Origin: Bilabrum cf. latius
Lineage: Eukaryota
Direction of reading: 5' to 3'
DNA: 64,000 bases
NCBI GenBank assembly: GCA_965178125.1
Contig: OZ237758.1
Coordinates: forward strand, 434,001 to 498,000
Positions 61,801 through 64,000 of the stretch are shown one piece after another (positions within the stretch are counted from its first letter, which is position 1; each line of letters begins with the position of its first letter). The translations under genes were made by a program, and so were the position numbers. Below the pieces are notes generated by a model that searched no databases, was not told where the DNA came from, and saw only the letters and a list, made by a program, of their open reading frames with translations.

Positions 61801-64000
61801 GCCATGCCATCAACGGTAGCAGTACCGAGGCCATCAGGGGTGGTTTCTGAAAGGGCATAGCCTCGGTCAGGCCCAGGCTCCATGGCCCTGTCAACCGACG
61901 ACAACAACGCAGCGTCAGTTCTAATTACTTGACGACTAGCTATTGCAGCCATCTGCAGGTCTACGCCAGACCCGTACGGCACGGTGAGGTTCAGCTCGGC
62001 TGCGACAGGAATCCACATGGCGCACACTGCCATTCGGGTCTGCAAATCACAGTAAATATCAGATGTGTCATTCAAATTCGTGCTGTTGAGCGGCAAGCTG
62101 CCGCAGTCAGCATCGAACACAGCGGTCCCGTTCGGCTGCTTCGGCCCTCGAGGCTAGCGGCTCTCCCAATAGGCCTCCCGCCCCAGCAGCGATGCATCCG
62201 TGCGAGGAACTTCGATCATTTCGTCCGAGGCCACCTATTTGGTCGTGCAATCTTCGACACCGAGCTAAGCCAGATACACCACTGTCTTAGTTTGCCCATT
62301 TATGCTTCCGGTGTACGAATACCCATTTGAGCCTGAGGGATCGAACCGGAGCCGGCGCGTCTCCCTGCTGTACTGCATCTCAGAGTCGAAGAATGCCTGT
62401 CCGCCTTCATCAATCTCGCACGAACCTATTAAGTACTAGTACTCAACAGAGTCTTTGCTTCTTGCGATCCGCCTAGAGCCTTGATAATGTCGAAGTGTGT
62501 CATCTCGGATGCTCTTATAGACATTGTGCTGTCGGAGCCACCAAGAGGTGAAAGGTTGCGGCACCTAGACCTCTAAATACTCGCAGCGCGCGTCCAGATA
62601 GACGACATCATGGTCATTTTGTAGAACACGCTCGCGACTTCGTGGGAACCCGGGTATAATCGGTCTTCGACTATCGGTGGAGGTGGTCGATGGAGTGGGA
62701 GTTGCGCTTCTGGTGCTTGTGGTCGATGGAGTGGGAGTTGCGCTTCTGGTGCTTGTGGTCGATGGAGTGGGAGTTGCGCTTCTGGTGCTTGTGGTCGATG
62801 GAGTGGGAGTTGCGCTGCTGGTGCTAGTGGTCGACGGGGTGACACTGGGAGTCGTAGACGGCGAAGCAGAGGGCTTAATAGCTCTGTACCTGCACGACAC
62901 TTGCATCCTGTCGATCACGGCAGGCACAAACTTGGTCCCGAGGTTAAAGTCGTCCTGCAGACGAGCGTATCGAGCCGCCCGTGCCTCACAAGCCCGGCTT
63001 GGAACGTGCCGCACAACCCGCTAAAAGACTACTTTAACGGTTTCTGCATCACCCGCTCCATCCGCGAGACGGAATCCAAGACTGGCAGCGTTGACAGCCC
63101 CGAGAGCGGGCGCCGGACCCGGTCCAGGCCGAGGAGAAGCTGCAGGCTCTTGCGCTTGCAGGAACTCTTGGACGTAGGTTGCCGTGTTGCTCTGCCTCGA
63201 TTCTTGCGGCAGGTCAGGCGGGCCGAGAATACCGTGCAACGCCTGAGCTCCATCGATGGCCTTGTTCCCGTCCCAGGCTGCCCCAGCCACCGTGAGGCCT
63301 CGAGACACGCTTTCTGAAAGAGCTACCAGAGGGATCTCCAGTTCAGCCGTGCTGCCAATTGCTGGACCAGATCCGGCTTGTGAAAGCACCGTGCTCCCCA
63401 CGGTAAGGGCACTGTCATCGTCCAGCGTAGCGCTGCTGTTGATGGTTCCGGACCGAATCTTCGTTCGAACCGCAGGGACATGCTCTGGCAGAATGGGCCA
63501 CATTGCCAAGGAGTTCGACGATGGCAGGAATTGCCTGTGGTGAGCTGCTCGATGCACAATTTCACCGACTCCAAGACCCAACAGAGCCAGCGCCCCACTG
63601 CCTCGAAGCTGGATAGAACCGCCGCCTTCGTACGGCTGCTAAACATCTCGCTGCTGTGCCAGTCGCCCCAAGGCGAACGGCTCCACGGCAAATCTCGTTG
63701 AACCAGCTGGAACGTGCAATCGCCATGAATTAGCAGCTGCCATCAGAAAACCAACACTTGCGATAGGGTCGCCGAGCCGGGAGGCCGAGCCTCGATCGAA
63801 CGCCATCCGGATTTGCCGCTCGGTATTTAGGCGTGACTGCCGGAAGCTGGCTCGCTTTCCAGTTTGAGTGGCTACTAGCAGGGGCGGAGTGCGGATCATT
63901 AGAGCCGCGGGGTGAACAAGGTAGTTACTCCCGTTCGTAGCAGCGACCACTACTGGCTGGGGAGGTGCACCGGTACTGTTGTCTGACGCAACGACGTGAC
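49809..64000 (-). CDS. Second giant IPT/TIG-FN3-Cys-rich multi-pass TM surface protein, paralogue of 22387-31740; 5' end beyond the window (>4,700 aa; ~34 in-frame TAG)
   Basis: About 20 minus-strand ORF-track pieces from 63950 to 50501 share a frame, are joined only by TAG and end ...KAPKKPK-TAA at 49809-49811. Motifs: PPGAG...Y.PP IPT repeats, PYIIRVRAEH, CLPCPTGAVCGG, CAEGHKGVLCQKCEIG, KIMFTHVQT and MSFLYKGLSDDHKYWEAVNLLRK. Confidence 0.88.
54585..54759 (-). repeat. Coding minisatellite, 42-nt unit x~4 (GTSGPKYGGSSRTH)
   Basis: tgtgttctggaagatcctccgtacttcggcccgctggtcccg starts at 54595, 54637, 54679 and 54721; copies are near-identical. Confidence 0.92.
62683..62835 (-). repeat. Coding minisatellite, 36-nt unit x~4 (STRSATPTPSTT, mucin-like stalk)
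   Basis: gtggtcgatggagtgggagttgcgcttctggtgctt starts at 62683, 62719, 62755 and 62791. Confidence 0.92.

Noticed and set aside
54585-62835. 42-nt and 36-nt repeat arrays as CRISPR
   Set aside because: They are head-to-tail repeats with no spacers, have unit lengths divisible by three and lie in frame within a CDS.
1-64000. Cluster of pseudogenes with premature stops
   Set aside because: Decay would give TAA, TGA and frameshifts as well. Only TAG interrupts the frames, over up to 14 kb, and catalytic motifs are intact.
1-64000. Pyrrolysine insertion, programmed leaky readthrough, or A-to-I editing (UAG to Trp)
   Set aside because: TAGs are too many, occur in doublets and triplets, share no obvious downstream context and align with Gln rather than Trp or catalytic Pyl sites. 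No pyl genes are in the window. U-to-C editing cannot be excluded without RNA data but is less parsimonious.
1-64000. Ciliate-type code (UAA and UAG both Gln) or UGA reassignment
   Set aside because: No internal TAA or TGA was seen in ~19,000 codons; both occur only at plausible C-termini.
1-64000. Recoded phage or prokaryotic DNA using table 15
   Set aside because: Spliceosomal introns and eukaryote-specific genes (RBM19, CCDC57-like, MGRN1-like) are present, and there is no operon structure.

Overview
Gene-dense, GC-rich eukaryotic nuclear DNA: short GT-AG introns and genes for RBM19/Mrd1, acyl-CoA oxidase, CCDC57 and an MGRN1/LOG2-type RING ligase. The style suggests a heterotrophic protist, possibly a Cafeteria-like stramenopile (inference only). 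The supplied ORF track looks shattered because it uses the standard code. The fragments line up in single frames and every junction I read is TAG. Reading TAG as sense collapses the window into 13 intact genes (about 19,000 codons, roughly 130 in-frame TAGs by hand count, no internal TAA/TGA, no frameshifts). All 12 visible gene ends are TGA (10) or TAA (2). TAG sits at conserved Gln positions (GLUT-type GTLxQ motif, AlkB N-terminal helix, an internal IPT-repeat paralogue) and forms a TAG-TAG-TAG run. The main result is a variant nuclear code in which UAG = Gln while UAA and UGA remain stops. Recoding also reveals two paralogous giant IPT/TIG-FN3-Cys-rich multi-TM surface proteins (3,117 aa and >4,700 aa) and a 3,497-aa protein with an adaptin-appendage-like motif and DPF/NPF tail. 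No tRNA, rRNA, CRISPR or clear mobile element was found.
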